From NCBI GenBank assembly GCA_963663275.1, contig OY760183.1, positions 736,001 through 800,000 of the forward strand: a stretch of DNA of 64,000 nucleotides. The letters run 5' to 3'. Below, piece by piece: positions 10,957 to 20,219 of this stretch (the first letter of the stretch is position 1; the number at the start of each line of letters is the position of its first letter). Under the pieces are notes generated by a model that was not told the DNA's origin, searched no databases, and saw nothing but the letters and a program-made list of their open reading frames with translations. This DNA is from Chloroflexota bacterium (GTDB taxonomy: Bacteria; Chloroflexota; UBA11872; VXOZ01). Position numbers and translations under genes: made by a program.

Positions 10957-11593
10957 CGATTCCCTTTAGCCGCTCGAATGCGCTGCTTGCTGCCACGTAC
11001 AACATCGAATCAAGCGTTTGAAAGTGCTTCTCGATCTCGCGTTGATCACTTTCCGAGAAGCAGCCCTTCCGGCAATGTACATGTGCCTGGAACCACTTTC
11101 TCGCTTGCTTCCATTCATCCACTAGATACTTAGGAATACTGTCAATATCATTATAGCCCAAGAAGGTTCTAAAGAACAAGTAGTCGGCTAGGTTGCTCCT
11201 TTCGGTTCCGGTCTCATGGTCGGCGAGAAGATTCTTCACCGTCTGGCAAGCCTCGTAGGTAACCCAATGTCCTTCCCTATCATCACGTCCTCCCATGTCA
11301 CCAACGGCGGACGTGATTCCTCGACCTCCCCACTCGTCCTTCCATTCACTCTTTATGGCGTCAGCGAGTTGCTGGTATTGCACTAGACCTCCATCAGTGC
11401 CTGCAACAGTCCTCGCTAGAATGTTCGTAAACTCTCTGCCGACATGCGAGACAAAGGTAATGCAACCTGGCGTCTTGGTGTTCAGAAGATGGATGGCCGT
11501 TTCATATGCCTCAGCGAACACTGGCAAGTCCAGTTTTTCGTGTAGCCATTCGTAGACCCTCTCTTGTTCGGATGTGAAGTTCGTGGTTGGCAA
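10928..11593 (-). CDS. Hypothetical protein, possible HEPN-like domain
   Basis: 221-aa ORF; SHVGRE and RKWFQAHVH (R-x5-H / R-x7-H) are reminiscent of HEPN motifs. Confidence 0.6.
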   Translation of the reverse strand: MPTTNFTSEQERVYEWLHEKLDLPVFAEAYETAIHLLNTKTPGCITFVSHVGREFTNILARTVAGTDGGLVQYQQLADAIKSEWKDEWGGRGITSAVGDMGGRDDREGHWVTYEACQTVKNLLADHETGTERSNLADYLFFRTFLGYNDIDSIPKYLVDEWKQARKWFQAHVHCRKGCFSESDQREIEKHFQTLDSMLYVAASSAFERLKGIDDILEETNR

Positions 11594-11613
11594 GGCTTCA
11601 CTTTCTTTCCCGT

Positions 11614-13086
11614 CTAGACAAATTTATCCGCATGACGAATTTTGCTTAACTCGTTCACAAGGTATTCTTGCGGCCTGTTGCCTTTCGTGCGGTTACAGTG
11701 TCCACAGAGCAGTTGCAGGTTATCCATGTGGTCTGTGCCGCCGCGCGAGCGTGGGATGACGTGATCAACTTCGAGCACCTTGAACGGAAACTCCATCTTG
11801 CAGCCGTTGCACTGCCCTTCCTGCTGTCCAAACAGCACGTGCTTGTTCCGGCGATAGTGAACCGGCGCGTCGATGTCGGTGCGCTTGGGAATATCGGAGC
11901 GGGACGTAACCAGCCGGTCGTGAAAGAGACCGCCCATAGAATCCGCAAGCCGGAATCTCACAAGCTCGACAGCCTTCGGCGAGAGGTCGATGCCAACCCA
12001 CTTGCGCCCCAGCGACTCGGCGGCGACGCAGGCGGTAGCGCAACCGCAGAACGGATCTAACACCACGTCGCCGGGGTTGCTGCTGGCCGCGACGATACGC
12101 TCCAACAATGCCAACGGCTTCTGCGTCGGGTAGCCGATGCGCTCCTTGGCTTGCGCTTGCACCGGCAGTATATCGCTGATGAAGTTGTTGCACTTCTGCC
12201 CGGGGGTGGACGCAAGGTATCGCTTTAGCCGTGGCAGCCCACCTTCCTTTTTTGGCCAGTGGAGCATTCCGGCCTCGTCTAGTGCCTCTAGTCGGTCGTG
12301 GACTCCCTTGATACTCTTGTAGCCGGGAATTACATTTTCCTCAATCCAATCTGCGTAAGACCCGACGCTCGGCACTGCCCAGTGCCGTCCACTTTCGGTC
12401 GGTTCTGCCTCCCTCCAAGGCTCGCCGCTCTCCCCGGTTCTCGTTTCGGCCGCCGTCAGGTCGGATGAACTGAACTGCCCGCGCTCATCTTCATTTCGGT
12501 AGAACTTGCGGATATAATCGGGGTCGTGCTCCACATAGACATTGTTCCACGTTGCCCCTTGTCCCGCGTAGTAGAGCAGCACGTCATACACACGCCCGTA
12601 CCGCTCGCCGTCCGAACGCCCGGTCGTCCGTTTCCACGCGATTTCGTTCCTGAAGTTTGCCGCGCCAAAGATGCTGTCCATCAGCAGCTTTAGGTAGTGG
12701 CTCGCCGTAGGGTCGCAATGAAGATAGATGCTGCCGCTCTCTTTCAGCACGCGCTTCATCTCCAACAACCGCACGGTCATCATGCACAGGTAGGATTGCA
12801 TCCCCTTGCCGTGCGTCAGGCCGGCCGTCTCAATCACTCTGTACACGGCGGGCTGCTCGTCGGCGATCAACCCCATCCACGCCACGTCCAGGTCGGAGAG
12901 CGTCCACGTGTCCTTGAACGCCGCGCCCGCTGCTTTAGAACCTACCGGCGCGGCGTAGGTACGGTTGGAGTTGAACGGCGGGTCGAGGTAGATAAGATCA
13001 ACGCAATTGCTGTTCAACCCTCGCAGAATATCGAGGTTATCTCCCGTCCAGATGGTCCTATTCGCAAAGTTGGGTTCTGTGCTCAT
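11614..13086 (-). CDS. N4C/N6A DNA methyltransferase (beta class) fused to a C-terminal HNH endonuclease
   Basis: DLIYLDPPFNS (motif IV), YPTQKP, VLDPFCGCAT (motif I); C-terminal CNGC..EVDHVIPRSRGGTDHMDNLQLLCGHCNRTKG. Confidence 0.92.
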   Translation of the reverse strand: MSTEPNFANRTIWTGDNLDILRGLNSNCVDLIYLDPPFNSNRTYAAPVGSKAAGAAFKDTWTLSDLDVAWMGLIADEQPAVYRVIETAGLTHGKGMQSYLCMMTVRLLEMKRVLKESGSIYLHCDPTASHYLKLLMDSIFGAANFRNEIAWKRTTGRSDGERYGRVYDVLLYYAGQGATWNNVYVEHDPDYIRKFYRNEDERGQFSSSDLTAAETRTGESGEPWREAEPTESGRHWAVPSVGSYADWIEENVIPGYKSIKGVHDRLEALDEAGMLHWPKKEGGLPRLKRYLASTPGQKCNNFISDILPVQAQAKERIGYPTQKPLALLERIVAASSNPGDVVLDPFCGCATACVAAESLGRKWVGIDLSPKAVELVRFRLADSMGGLFHDRLVTSRSDIPKRTDIDAPVHYRRNKHVLFGQQEGQCNGCKMEFPFKVLEVDHVIPRSRGGTDHMDNLQLLCGHCNRTKGNRPQEYLVNELSKIRHADKFV

Positions 13087-13147
13087 TGCCTCTGCCACTA
13101 TGCGCGCATCATGCTTCGTTACGTGGTAGCCACTTGCTCCACGAACC

Positions 13148-13411
13148 TTAGGAGACCTTGTCGTGCTCTTCGACGAGGGGGGTCAGGTCGGTCGGAGCCT
13201 TGCCGGTCTGGTCCATTTGGTATTCGATAGCCGCACTGGGGCTGGGTGGATCAATCGGGTAGTGCTCCGCTGCATAGACTTCGACTAGGTCAACGAGGTT
13301 TTCGAGTTCATCACCCTCGGGAGTGCCTAGCGGCGCGTGGAATATCTCATGAATCCTGGCGAGCGCGGCTTCGTACTCTTCCTCCGTGCGGATGGGTTCA
13401 CTAATTGCCAT
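13148..13411 (-). pseudogene. higA: HigA-like antitoxin, apparently truncated before or within its HTH
   Basis: PIRTEEEYEAALARI..GTPEGDELENLVDLVEVY..EHYPIDPPSP is typical; ORF stops at 87 aa where the HTH should continue. Confidence 0.7.
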
Positions 13412-13413
13412 TC

Positions 13414-13706
13414 CTACACCCTCTCAACGTCTATGCGATTATACGCCGCGTGTGTGCCGGTGAAGCGGATGAAAATCAGACCGCGGACGTAGTTGATTTC
13501 CACTACCAGCCGGCAGGCAGCGCCCTTTATTCTGAAGACCGCGCATTACTGTCAACGATGCTGGCTTGGGGGTACCGCGCTCTCACTCTTGCTGGCGTGT
13601 CCCAGTCGGCCCTGCGGACTCGTGCGTGCCAACGTTCGAGCGGCTGCTTGGCGTCCGGGTGACGTTCCCAGAACTCCCTGAGCGTCCTTTTGGCGATAAT
13701 GCGCAC
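13414..13706 (-). pseudogene. higB: HigB toxin with a 1-nt frameshift
   Basis: GTG 13706 gives MRIIAKRTLREFWERHPDAKQPLERW..ASIVDSN; a frame change near 13545 continues AVFRIKG..RLVVEINYVRGLIFIRFTGTHAAYNRIDVERV to TAG at 13414. Confidence 0.88.
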
Positions 13707-13792
13707 AACGAGCTTTTGTTGCTTCCCCTCTTTAAAGCCAATTATACACCCTGCTTAAGGCGGCGCAGCCTGCGAAAACCTGGCGCTTTCGC

Positions 13793-14602
13793 CTAGCTTG
13801 CGCCGGATTTGCCGAGGAAGACCTGGGTGAGGATGTCGGAGGCGCGGATGTCGTGGGGGGCGCCGGTGAAGGCGATGCGGCCTTTATCCAGGACGTAGGC
13901 GCGGTCGACGATGTCCAGCACGCCTTTGATGTTGTGCTCCACGATCATGATGGTGGTCTTGAGGGTCTCGCTGATTTCGGAGACGCGCTCGAAGACCTCT
14001 TTCACCACGATGGGGGCCAGGCCGAGCGTCGGTTCATCCAGCAGGAGCACGTCGGGAGCGGCCATCAGGCCCCGGCCCAGGGCGAGCATCTGTTGCTGGC
14101 CGCCGGACATTGCGCTGGCCAGGTCGCGGCGCTTGCTTTCCAGGATGGGGAAGATGCGCATCACCTCGTCCAGGCGGCGCGCTTTTTCCGCCTTGTCTTT
14201 CAGGTAGAGGCAGCCCATCTCCAGGTTTTCCTCGATGGTGAGGTGGGTGAAGACGCGCCGGCCCTGGGGGACGAAAGCGATGCCTTCTTTCACGATCTCG
14301 TGGGTGGCCGCCGCCAGCCGCGCCTGCCGCCACAGCACCTCGCCGGCCACCACGGGCGCCAGCCCCATGATGGCCTTCAGCACGGTGGATTTGCCGGCGC
14401 CGTTGGGGCCCATCACAGCCACCACCTCGCCCCGGCGCACGCCCAGCGAGACGTCGTGCAGCGCCACCACCGCGCCGTAGTGCACGGTGATGCCGGAGAG
14501 TTCGAGGAGCGGCCCGCCGTTGGCTGCGGCTGCGCCGGCGTCGGGGGCGGCCGGTGGCGCGGCGGGATTCTGCTCTGCGGTTGTGTCTTGCGGTGTTTCC
14601 AT
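13793..14602 (-). CDS. livF: Branched-chain amino acid ABC transporter ATP-binding protein (LivF-like)
   Basis: GPNGAGKST, FVPQGRRVF, MSGGQQQMLALGRGL, LLLDEP; start placed at ATG 14602 because the longer ORF runs into repeats. Confidence 0.9.
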   Translation of the reverse strand: METPQDTTAEQNPAAPPAAPDAGAAAANGGPLLELSGITVHYGAVVALHDVSLGVRRGEVVAVMGPNGAGKSTVLKAIMGLAPVVAGEVLWRQARLAAATHEIVKEGIAFVPQGRRVFTHLTIEENLEMGCLYLKDKAEKARRLDEVMRIFPILESKRRDLASAMSGGQQQMLALGRGLMAAPDVLLLDEPTLGLAPIVVKEVFERVSEISETLKTTIMIVEHNIKGVLDIVDRAYVLDKGRIAFTGAPHDIRASDILTQVFLGKSGAS

Positions 14603-14713
14603 TGGGTTGTCCTGGGTTAACCTCTGCGCGCGTGCGGGTTCGAGGTGCGGCATGTGTCCTCTTGAGTTGTAGTGCGGCTGATTTTCCCCCCTCACCCCGG
14701 CCCTCTCCCGGCG

Positions 14714-14853
14714 GAGACCCTTGCATAACCCCTTCCCCATCGAGGGGGAAGGTTGGGATGGGGGTGTAAAGGATTGAAAACAGGCTATTCTTAGTTGTAA
14801 CTGCGGTCTGGATTCCGGCTTTCGCCGGAATGACAGAGTTATGCAAAGGTCTC
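14714..14853. mobile_element. MITE family A copy inserted in the loop of a CCCTCTCC..GGAGAGGG hairpin
   Basis: TIRs GAGACCCTTGCATAAC / GTTATGCAAAGGTCTC; perfect 5-bp duplication CGGCG on both sides. Confidence 0.9.
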
Positions 14854-15027
14854 CGGCGGGAGAGGGGGCGGAAATCGGAGCATGGGCAACCGCCAACGTC
14901 CGCTATCCGGCCGGTTTCCGCTAGCCGGACATGTTGGACTTTCCGGTCAGGTTCGATTGACGCAACGCCACACGCCAGTAAGGGGGTGTGGTATGTATCC
15001 TCTCAAACTGCCTTTGTTCCGCTGATT

Positions 15028-15110
15028 CCCCCCTCACCCCGGCCCTCTCCCGCCGGGAGAGGGGGCGGAAATCGGAGCTTGGGAAACCGCCAACGTCCGC
15101 TATCCGGCCG
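15028..15110. repeat. Uninterrupted copy of the [33 protein letters not shown]-like unit (empty-site equivalent of 14686-14912)
   Basis: Near-identical flanking sequence (GGAAATCGGAGC..CCGCCAACGTCCGCTATCCGGCCG) without the MITE. Confidence 0.85.
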
Positions 15111-15164
15111 CGCTCGGTTTATCGGTCGCGTTCGCTAATCCGGTCATGTTCGCTTGGCGCAACG

Positions 15165-15926
15165 CTACGCGCCCAGGTAGGCCTGTATCACCTTCGGTTG
15201 GCTCAAGACCTCATCCACGTCGCCTTCCGCCAGCAGGCTGCCGCTATCCAGCACGATCAAGTGATCGGAAAGCTCCCGCACGATGTCCATGTTGTGGGAG
15301 ATGAAGACGATAGTATCGCCCTGTTCTCTCATGCGGTTCATCACCTCTTTCACCGTCTCCACCATCTCCGGAAAGAGGCCGGCAAAGGGTTCGTCGAAGA
15401 GGTAGATGTCGGCCTCCATCGCCATGGCGCGGCCGATTTCCAGCAATTTGCGCTGGCCGTAGGAGAGATTCTCGGCCAGGGCGTCCCGCTTCTCCCACAG
15501 GCCGACGTTTTGCAGGATGCCGCGCGCCTTATCCCGGCGCGCCGGTTTCATGCGTTCCAGCAGGGCGGGGAAGAGCCCCCGCGCGGTCAAGACCACCATG
15601 ATGTTGTCCCACACGGTGACCTGGTCGAAGAGGCGCACCTCCTGGAACGTGCGGGTCAAGCCGTTTTCGGGGTTCTCGTGGGCTTTCACCACCTTCAGGC
15701 TGTTGCCGTCCAGGACCACGATGCCGCCGTCCAGGGGCAGCACGCCGCTCAGCAGGTTCACCAGGGTGGATTTTCCCGACCCGTTCGGTCCCACGATGCT
15801 GGTCAGACCCCGTTTGGGAATGGAGATAGAGAGTCTCCGCACCGCCTTCACCGCGCCGAAGTGCTTGGAGATGTCTTCGGTCTGTATGGCGAAAGGCTCG
15901 TCGATCGCGTTCCCGCCGTTTCTCAT
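15165..15926 (-). CDS. livG: Branched-chain amino acid ABC transporter ATP-binding protein (LivG-like)
   Basis: GPNGSGKST, RTFQEVRLF, LSYGQRKLLEIGRA, DEPFAG, VIQAYLG. Confidence 0.92.
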   Translation of the reverse strand: MRNGGNAIDEPFAIQTEDISKHFGAVKAVRRLSISIPKRGLTSIVGPNGSGKSTLVNLLSGVLPLDGGIVVLDGNSLKVVKAHENPENGLTRTFQEVRLFDQVTVWDNIMVVLTARGLFPALLERMKPARRDKARGILQNVGLWEKRDALAENLSYGQRKLLEIGRAMAMEADIYLFDEPFAGLFPEMVETVKEVMNRMREQGDTIVFISHNMDIVRELSDHLIVLDSGSLLAEGDVDEVLSQPKVIQAYLGA

Positions 15927-16978
15927 AGCCTATACCTCCCCACCAGGCCCTGAGGCCGAAAGAGCATGAGCAGCACCAGCAGAATGCCCAGCACCACCAG
16001 CCGGGCCTGTCCCACGTGGATAGTCGGCAGGAAAGGCAGGAAGCGCATGCCCTCTTCCAGCAGCACGAAGGCCATCGCGCCCAGCAGCGAACCCCAAATG
16101 GTGGCCAACCCGCCGAGGATTACGATGGCGACCAGCAGCATCGACTCCAGCAGAATGAAGGAATTGGGGTCTACGAAACTCGTCCAACTGGCAAACAACC
16201 CGCCGGCCAGACCCGCCATCATCGCCGATATAGTCCAAACCGCCAGCTTGTAATGGGTGGTCCGGTAACCGAAAACCGCAATCGCCTGTTCGTCCTCGCG
16301 GATGGCGGTCAGCACGCGCCCGAACGAGGAGGTCACGATCAGCCAGGAGAGCAGCACGATGAGCGCGAGAAACGCCAGCACGAACAGGAGAAACTCCAAT
16401 TCGCCATCCAGCGCCCACGCGCCGATCTGCGGCCGGCCGATTTCGTGAATGCCGAACGCGCCCCGGGTGAGATTGCGCCAGTTCAGGAAGACGTTGAAGC
16501 TGATGATGGCGAAGCCGAACGAAACGAGCACGTAGATGTCGTCCCGGAAGCGATTGAAGACCACGCCGACCGCGATGGCAACCACCCCGGCCAGGAGCAC
16601 GCCCACCGGCAGCGCGGCGAAGAACGGCCAACCGAAGGTGGGGATGGCCTCCGTGCGCAGTTGCTCGTACTTGGCGTCCGACGTGAGGATCGCCACGGTG
16701 TACGCGCCAATGCCGAAGAAGCCCACGTGCCCCACCGAGAGCAGGCCGGTGAACCCCACCACCAGGTTCAGGCTCACGCTCAGAATGGCCCAGATGGCAA
16801 AGACGGTGCCCACCGTAATGGCAAAGCCGACGCCCTGCCACAGCATGAAGCCGAGCGCCCACGCGATGATGAGCAGGTTGGCCCATAGTTCCACGTTGCC
16901 CCTGGCGGTTGCCAGGAGTTCTCGTGGATTGCGCCGCAGCCGCGTCATGATTCCGTTGCTTTCCATTTCCGTTTGCAC
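15923..16978 (-). CDS. livM: Branched-chain amino acid ABC transporter permease (LivM-like)
   Basis: SLNLVVGFTGLLSVGHVGFFGIGAY, FGRVLTAIREDE, FRPQGL; exact start uncertain. Confidence 0.9.
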   Translation of the reverse strand: MQTEMESNGIMTRLRRNPRELLATARGNVELWANLLIIAWALGFMLWQGVGFAITVGTVFAIWAILSVSLNLVVGFTGLLSVGHVGFFGIGAYTVAILTSDAKYEQLRTEAIPTFGWPFFAALPVGVLLAGVVAIAVGVVFNRFRDDIYVLVSFGFAIISFNVFLNWRNLTRGAFGIHEIGRPQIGAWALDGELEFLLFVLAFLALIVLLSWLIVTSSFGRVLTAIREDEQAIAVFGYRTTHYKLAVWTISAMMAGLAGGLFASWTSFVDPNSFILLESMLLVAIVILGGLATIWGSLLGAMAFVLLEEGMRFLPFLPTIHVGQARLVVLGILLVLLMLFRPQGLVGRYRL

Positions 16979-16984
16979 GCGCGC

Positions 16985-18370
16985 CTACTTTCGTGGCAAG
17001 AGGCCCTTGGGCCAGAACGAGAGAAAGAGAATCAAGAGTATGAAGGAGATCACGTCGCGCCACTCGCCCGCCAGGTCCCAGATGCCGAATTGTTCGATCA
17101 TGCCCAGCACGAACCCGCCCACAATGGCGCCGTTCAGATTGCCGATGCCGCCGACCACTGAGGCGATCCAGCCTTTCAGGAGCAGCAGCAGGCCCATGCG
17201 GGGTTGAATGGCCGTATCGTGGCCGCTGAGCAGGCCGGCCATGGCGGCGTAGACCGCGCCGATGAAGAAGACCACGGCAACCACCGTGGTGGTGTTGATG
17301 CCCACCACTTTCGCCACCTCTTCATCGTCGCCGATGGCGCGCACCGCCTTGCCAAACGCCGTGCGCTTGAGCAGGAAGAGCAGAAACAGGAAGCCCGCCA
17401 GCGCCACACCGACGGTGAAGACGTTGAAGCCCTTGATGCTGGCGCCGGCGATTGTCCACGGCTCGTTGCCGAGCGCCTCCGGCAGGGGGCGCGGCGTGCT
17501 CTCGAAGACGATGCTGGTGAAGGCGGTGATTGACAGCAGTATGCCCAGTGAGGCGACCAGCATGATCAACGGCGAATGCGATCGCTGCCGCATGTACACG
17601 TACAAGCCCCGGTAGAGGGCGAGACCGACCACTCCCGCCAGAAAGCAGGAGACGCCCCAACTCAGGTAGAGTTTCGTATCCGGCGCGTTGGCGATGAGGT
17701 AGCCGCAGTAAGCGCCCAGCGCGGTTGCCGCAACGCCCGTTACCGCCAGCAGCGCCCGCAAGGCGCGGCCCCCGACAACGCCCTGATAGGCGTGATACAG
17801 CAGCCAGGTGGCAAGCGCGGCCAAGCCAACGCCGATCACCGGGCTGAGGATGAGGTGCAGTTCCTTGGGATAAGAGAGCGCGACGCCGGTGTAGACGCCC
17901 GCGCCGGCCGCCAGAAGGCCCACGATGCCGCGCGAAACGACCGGCCGCAGGCGCGGCCGCAAGCGGGGATACAGGCTCTCATACAGGACCCAGGCGACGA
18001 CACCCGCGGTTACCGCTGCAAAGAGCGCGTTCACGACAAGGCTGTTTACCGCGTAGATGCCGCCAAGTGTCTCTTGCGAACGCAGGTAGAAGACGCCGTA
18101 CGCGCCCAGCGTAGCCGCCGCGCCATAGTAGAGATCGAAGTACCACACGGTGCTGTAGACCAGGGTAAACCCGATGGCCAGCAGCGCGTACACGGCGCCG
18201 ACGGACAAGCCGTTGAAGACGAACTGCACGGCTTGTTCGGCGGACTGGCTGAACTTCCAGCCAACATACGCCGCGGCCGCCGCGGTAAGCGCAATCGCCA
18301 GGAGGTTATTCAGGCTGATACGTTGGGCAATCAAGCGGTTCTCCCTTAGGAAGCCTTTGCCAAATCTCAC
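16985..18370 (-). CDS. livH: Branched-chain amino acid ABC transporter permease (LivH-like, with extra TM segments)
   Basis: QFVFNGLSVGAVYALLAIGFTLVYS, FGKAVRAI, ASVVGGIGN, WPKGL. Confidence 0.88.
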   Translation of the reverse strand: MRFGKGFLRENRLIAQRISLNNLLAIALTAAAAAYVGWKFSQSAEQAVQFVFNGLSVGAVYALLAIGFTLVYSTVWYFDLYYGAAATLGAYGVFYLRSQETLGGIYAVNSLVVNALFAAVTAGVVAWVLYESLYPRLRPRLRPVVSRGIVGLLAAGAGVYTGVALSYPKELHLILSPVIGVGLAALATWLLYHAYQGVVGGRALRALLAVTGVAATALGAYCGYLIANAPDTKLYLSWGVSCFLAGVVGLALYRGLYVYMRQRSHSPLIMLVASLGILLSITAFTSIVFESTPRPLPEALGNEPWTIAGASIKGFNVFTVGVALAGFLFLLFLLKRTAFGKAVRAIGDDEEVAKVVGINTTTVVAVVFFIGAVYAAMAGLLSGHDTAIQPRMGLLLLLKGWIASVVGGIGNLNGAIVGGFVLGMIEQFGIWDLAGEWRDVISFILLILFLSFWPKGLLPRK

Positions 18371-18399
18371 CGAGAGGCGGACAGTCCCTTCTCACTCTG

Positions 18400-18558
18400 G
18401 AAACCTTTGCGTAACCCCTTCCCCATCGAGGGGGAAGGTTGGGATGGGGGTGAAAGTACCCTGGATTCCGGCTTTTGCCGGAATGACGGAGTTACGCGAA
18501 GATCTCCAAAGTAAGCGGGAGGCTTCTCGCCTGCCGGATCTCGTTATGCAAGAATCTC
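18400..18558. mobile_element. Degenerate MITE family A copy with two right ends
   Basis: GAAACCTTTGCGTAAC left end, same internal palindromes as 1798 and 14714; right ends GTTACGCGAAGATCTC and GTTATGCAAGAATCTC. Confidence 0.75.
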
Positions 18559-18619
18559 CATTGCGGTCATTGTGCGTAGCGCCTTGACAGAGATTGCGTT
18601 CGTTTCTTGCGCCAAGAAG

Positions 18620-18860
18620 CGGGAGGGCAAGCCCCCGCGCTACCGGGGAGCGGCGGCCTCAAGCCAGCCGGCAGCATGATACGCCGGACAACCCCTTGCG
18701 TCACGGCCTGCCGGGCAAGAGGCGGGGGACGAGCCCCCGCGCTACGGTTTAGAGGGAAGCGAGTGTCCGCGTCCGTCATTCCGGCGGAAGCCGGAATCCA
18801 TCTTCCCTGCCGTATCGCGGAGCGCCGCCGCCCTGGACTCCGGCATCCGCCGGAGTGACA
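18620..18860. repeat. Cluster of REP-like elements (GGGCAAGCCCCCGCGCTAC type and GTCATTCCGGCG..CCGGAATCC type)
   Basis: Two ..AGCCCCCGCGCTAC copies (also at 60603 and 60641) plus an inverted GTCATTCCGG pair. Confidence 0.7.
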
Positions 18861-18941
18861 GAATTAACACCCTCTTGGCGGCAACGCGCCTGTCCGTTAT
18901 TCGCGGGGCGGTGCCAAGCGCCTTGCAGACGCCCTCGCCCG

Positions 18942-20141
18942 CTACTCGCGCGGCGCGTTACCCAACACCGTGTAGCCGTGATTCTCCGGCGTGCGCTCGG
19001 CAACGGGCAGCACCTCCACCACCAAGCGGGAGAGGCCCACCACCTCGCCGTCGGCGTCGAAGCTATAGTTATTGCCGATTGCGCCGCTCCACGTAATCTC
19101 GTACATGCAGTCGCGGAAGCCGTCGGCGTCCTGGTCGTCGCCGGTGCGCCTCAGGCATTCGGCGGCGATGTACACGTTGTCATAAGCGGAACCCAGGTGC
19201 CACGGCAGGGTGATGTAGTCGTAGCGCGCCCGGAAGTTGGCCAGCACCTCTTGGGCTTTCGCGTTGTCGGGATGCAGGTCCGCCGTGATTGCCTTCATGC
19301 CGGTGGCGTCCTCGCCGGCGATTTCCAGCGCCGTAGTGCCGACCGAGATCGTCTCGGCGTAGATGGGGCCTTGGTAGCCCAACTCCCGCGCCTGCTTGAT
19401 GATAACCCCGGCCGCGAACTCGGATTGCGGCGCCAGGTGGAGCGCGTCCGGTTCGGCGTCCAGCAATTTGGTCAGTTGCGTGCGGAAGTCGGTCACGTCG
19501 GAGGCATAGGACTCCGCCGCCGCCACCTCGCCGCCCCGTTTGGTGAACTGCGCCACCGTAGTGCGGCGCACGCCTTCGGCGTAGTCGGTGGCCTCGGTGA
19601 TGGTGGCCAACCTGCGCACGCCGTCCGCCCACATCACGTTGCCGGTGGCGATGCCGACCTCCACGTCGCTGATCTGGGTGCGAAAGATGTAGTCGCCGGC
19701 GTTGGCGATGTCCGGGTTGCTCGCCAGGCCGGAAAACAGGATGACCCCGTCCGCCTCCGCCAGCGGGGCGACCCCGAGCATGGCGCCGCTGCACGAGGTG
19801 CCCAGGATGATCTTCACGCCGTCCACGTCGGTCAGCTTGCGGTAGGCGGCGACCGCTTCCTTGGCGCTGCACTGGGAGTCTTCCACCACGAACTCCAGCC
19901 GGCGGCCGTCGATGCCGCCCGCGGCGTTGATTTCGTCCAGCGCCATCTGCTTGGCGCGCACGGCCACGTTGCCGTAGGTCTCGCCGGGGCCGGTGAGCGA
20001 CTCCATCACGCCAATTCTGTAAGGCGGCTGCTCGTCCTCCGGCGCGGCCTGCTCCGTATCCCCGGCGGCGCAACCGGCGATGAGCGACGCCAACAGCGCC
20101 AGCGCCAGGAGCGAGACTAATCGAATCAGTACGGGCCGCAT
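18942..20141 (-). CDS. Branched-chain amino acid ABC transporter substrate-binding lipoprotein (LivK/LivJ-like)
   Basis: Lipobox IAGC; IGVMESLTGP, EINAAGGIDGR, DYIFRT. Confidence 0.92.
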   Translation of the reverse strand: MRPVLIRLVSLLALALLASLIAGCAAGDTEQAAPEDEQPPYRIGVMESLTGPGETYGNVAVRAKQMALDEINAAGGIDGRRLEFVVEDSQCSAKEAVAAYRKLTDVDGVKIILGTSCSGAMLGVAPLAEADGVILFSGLASNPDIANAGDYIFRTQISDVEVGIATGNVMWADGVRRLATITEATDYAEGVRRTTVAQFTKRGGEVAAAESYASDVTDFRTQLTKLLDAEPDALHLAPQSEFAAGVIIKQARELGYQGPIYAETISVGTTALEIAGEDATGMKAITADLHPDNAKAQEVLANFRARYDYITLPWHLGSAYDNVYIAAECLRRTGDDQDADGFRDCMYEITWSGAIGNNYSFDADGEVVGLSRLVVEVLPVAERTPENHGYTVLGNAPRE

Positions 20142-20190
20142 GGCATATTCCTTGAGGTGAGAGTGCGCGAAAGCAGCTATTTCGTTAGGT

Positions 20191-20219
20191 ACTCTAGCAT
20201 CATTGCGTCAATGCCGCAA
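20191..20219 (-). promoter_or_regulatory. Putative sigma70 promoter TTGCGG-17-TAGAGT with TGn extension
   Basis: The same layout is conserved upstream of the paralogous binding-protein gene (22130-22158). Confidence 0.5.

Noticed and set aside
14603-14896. N-terminal extensions and short ORFs such as MHNSVIPAKAGIQ (also 1616-1930, 39366-39862)
   Set aside because: They are translations of the MITE and REP repeats, not genes; starts were reassigned accordingly.
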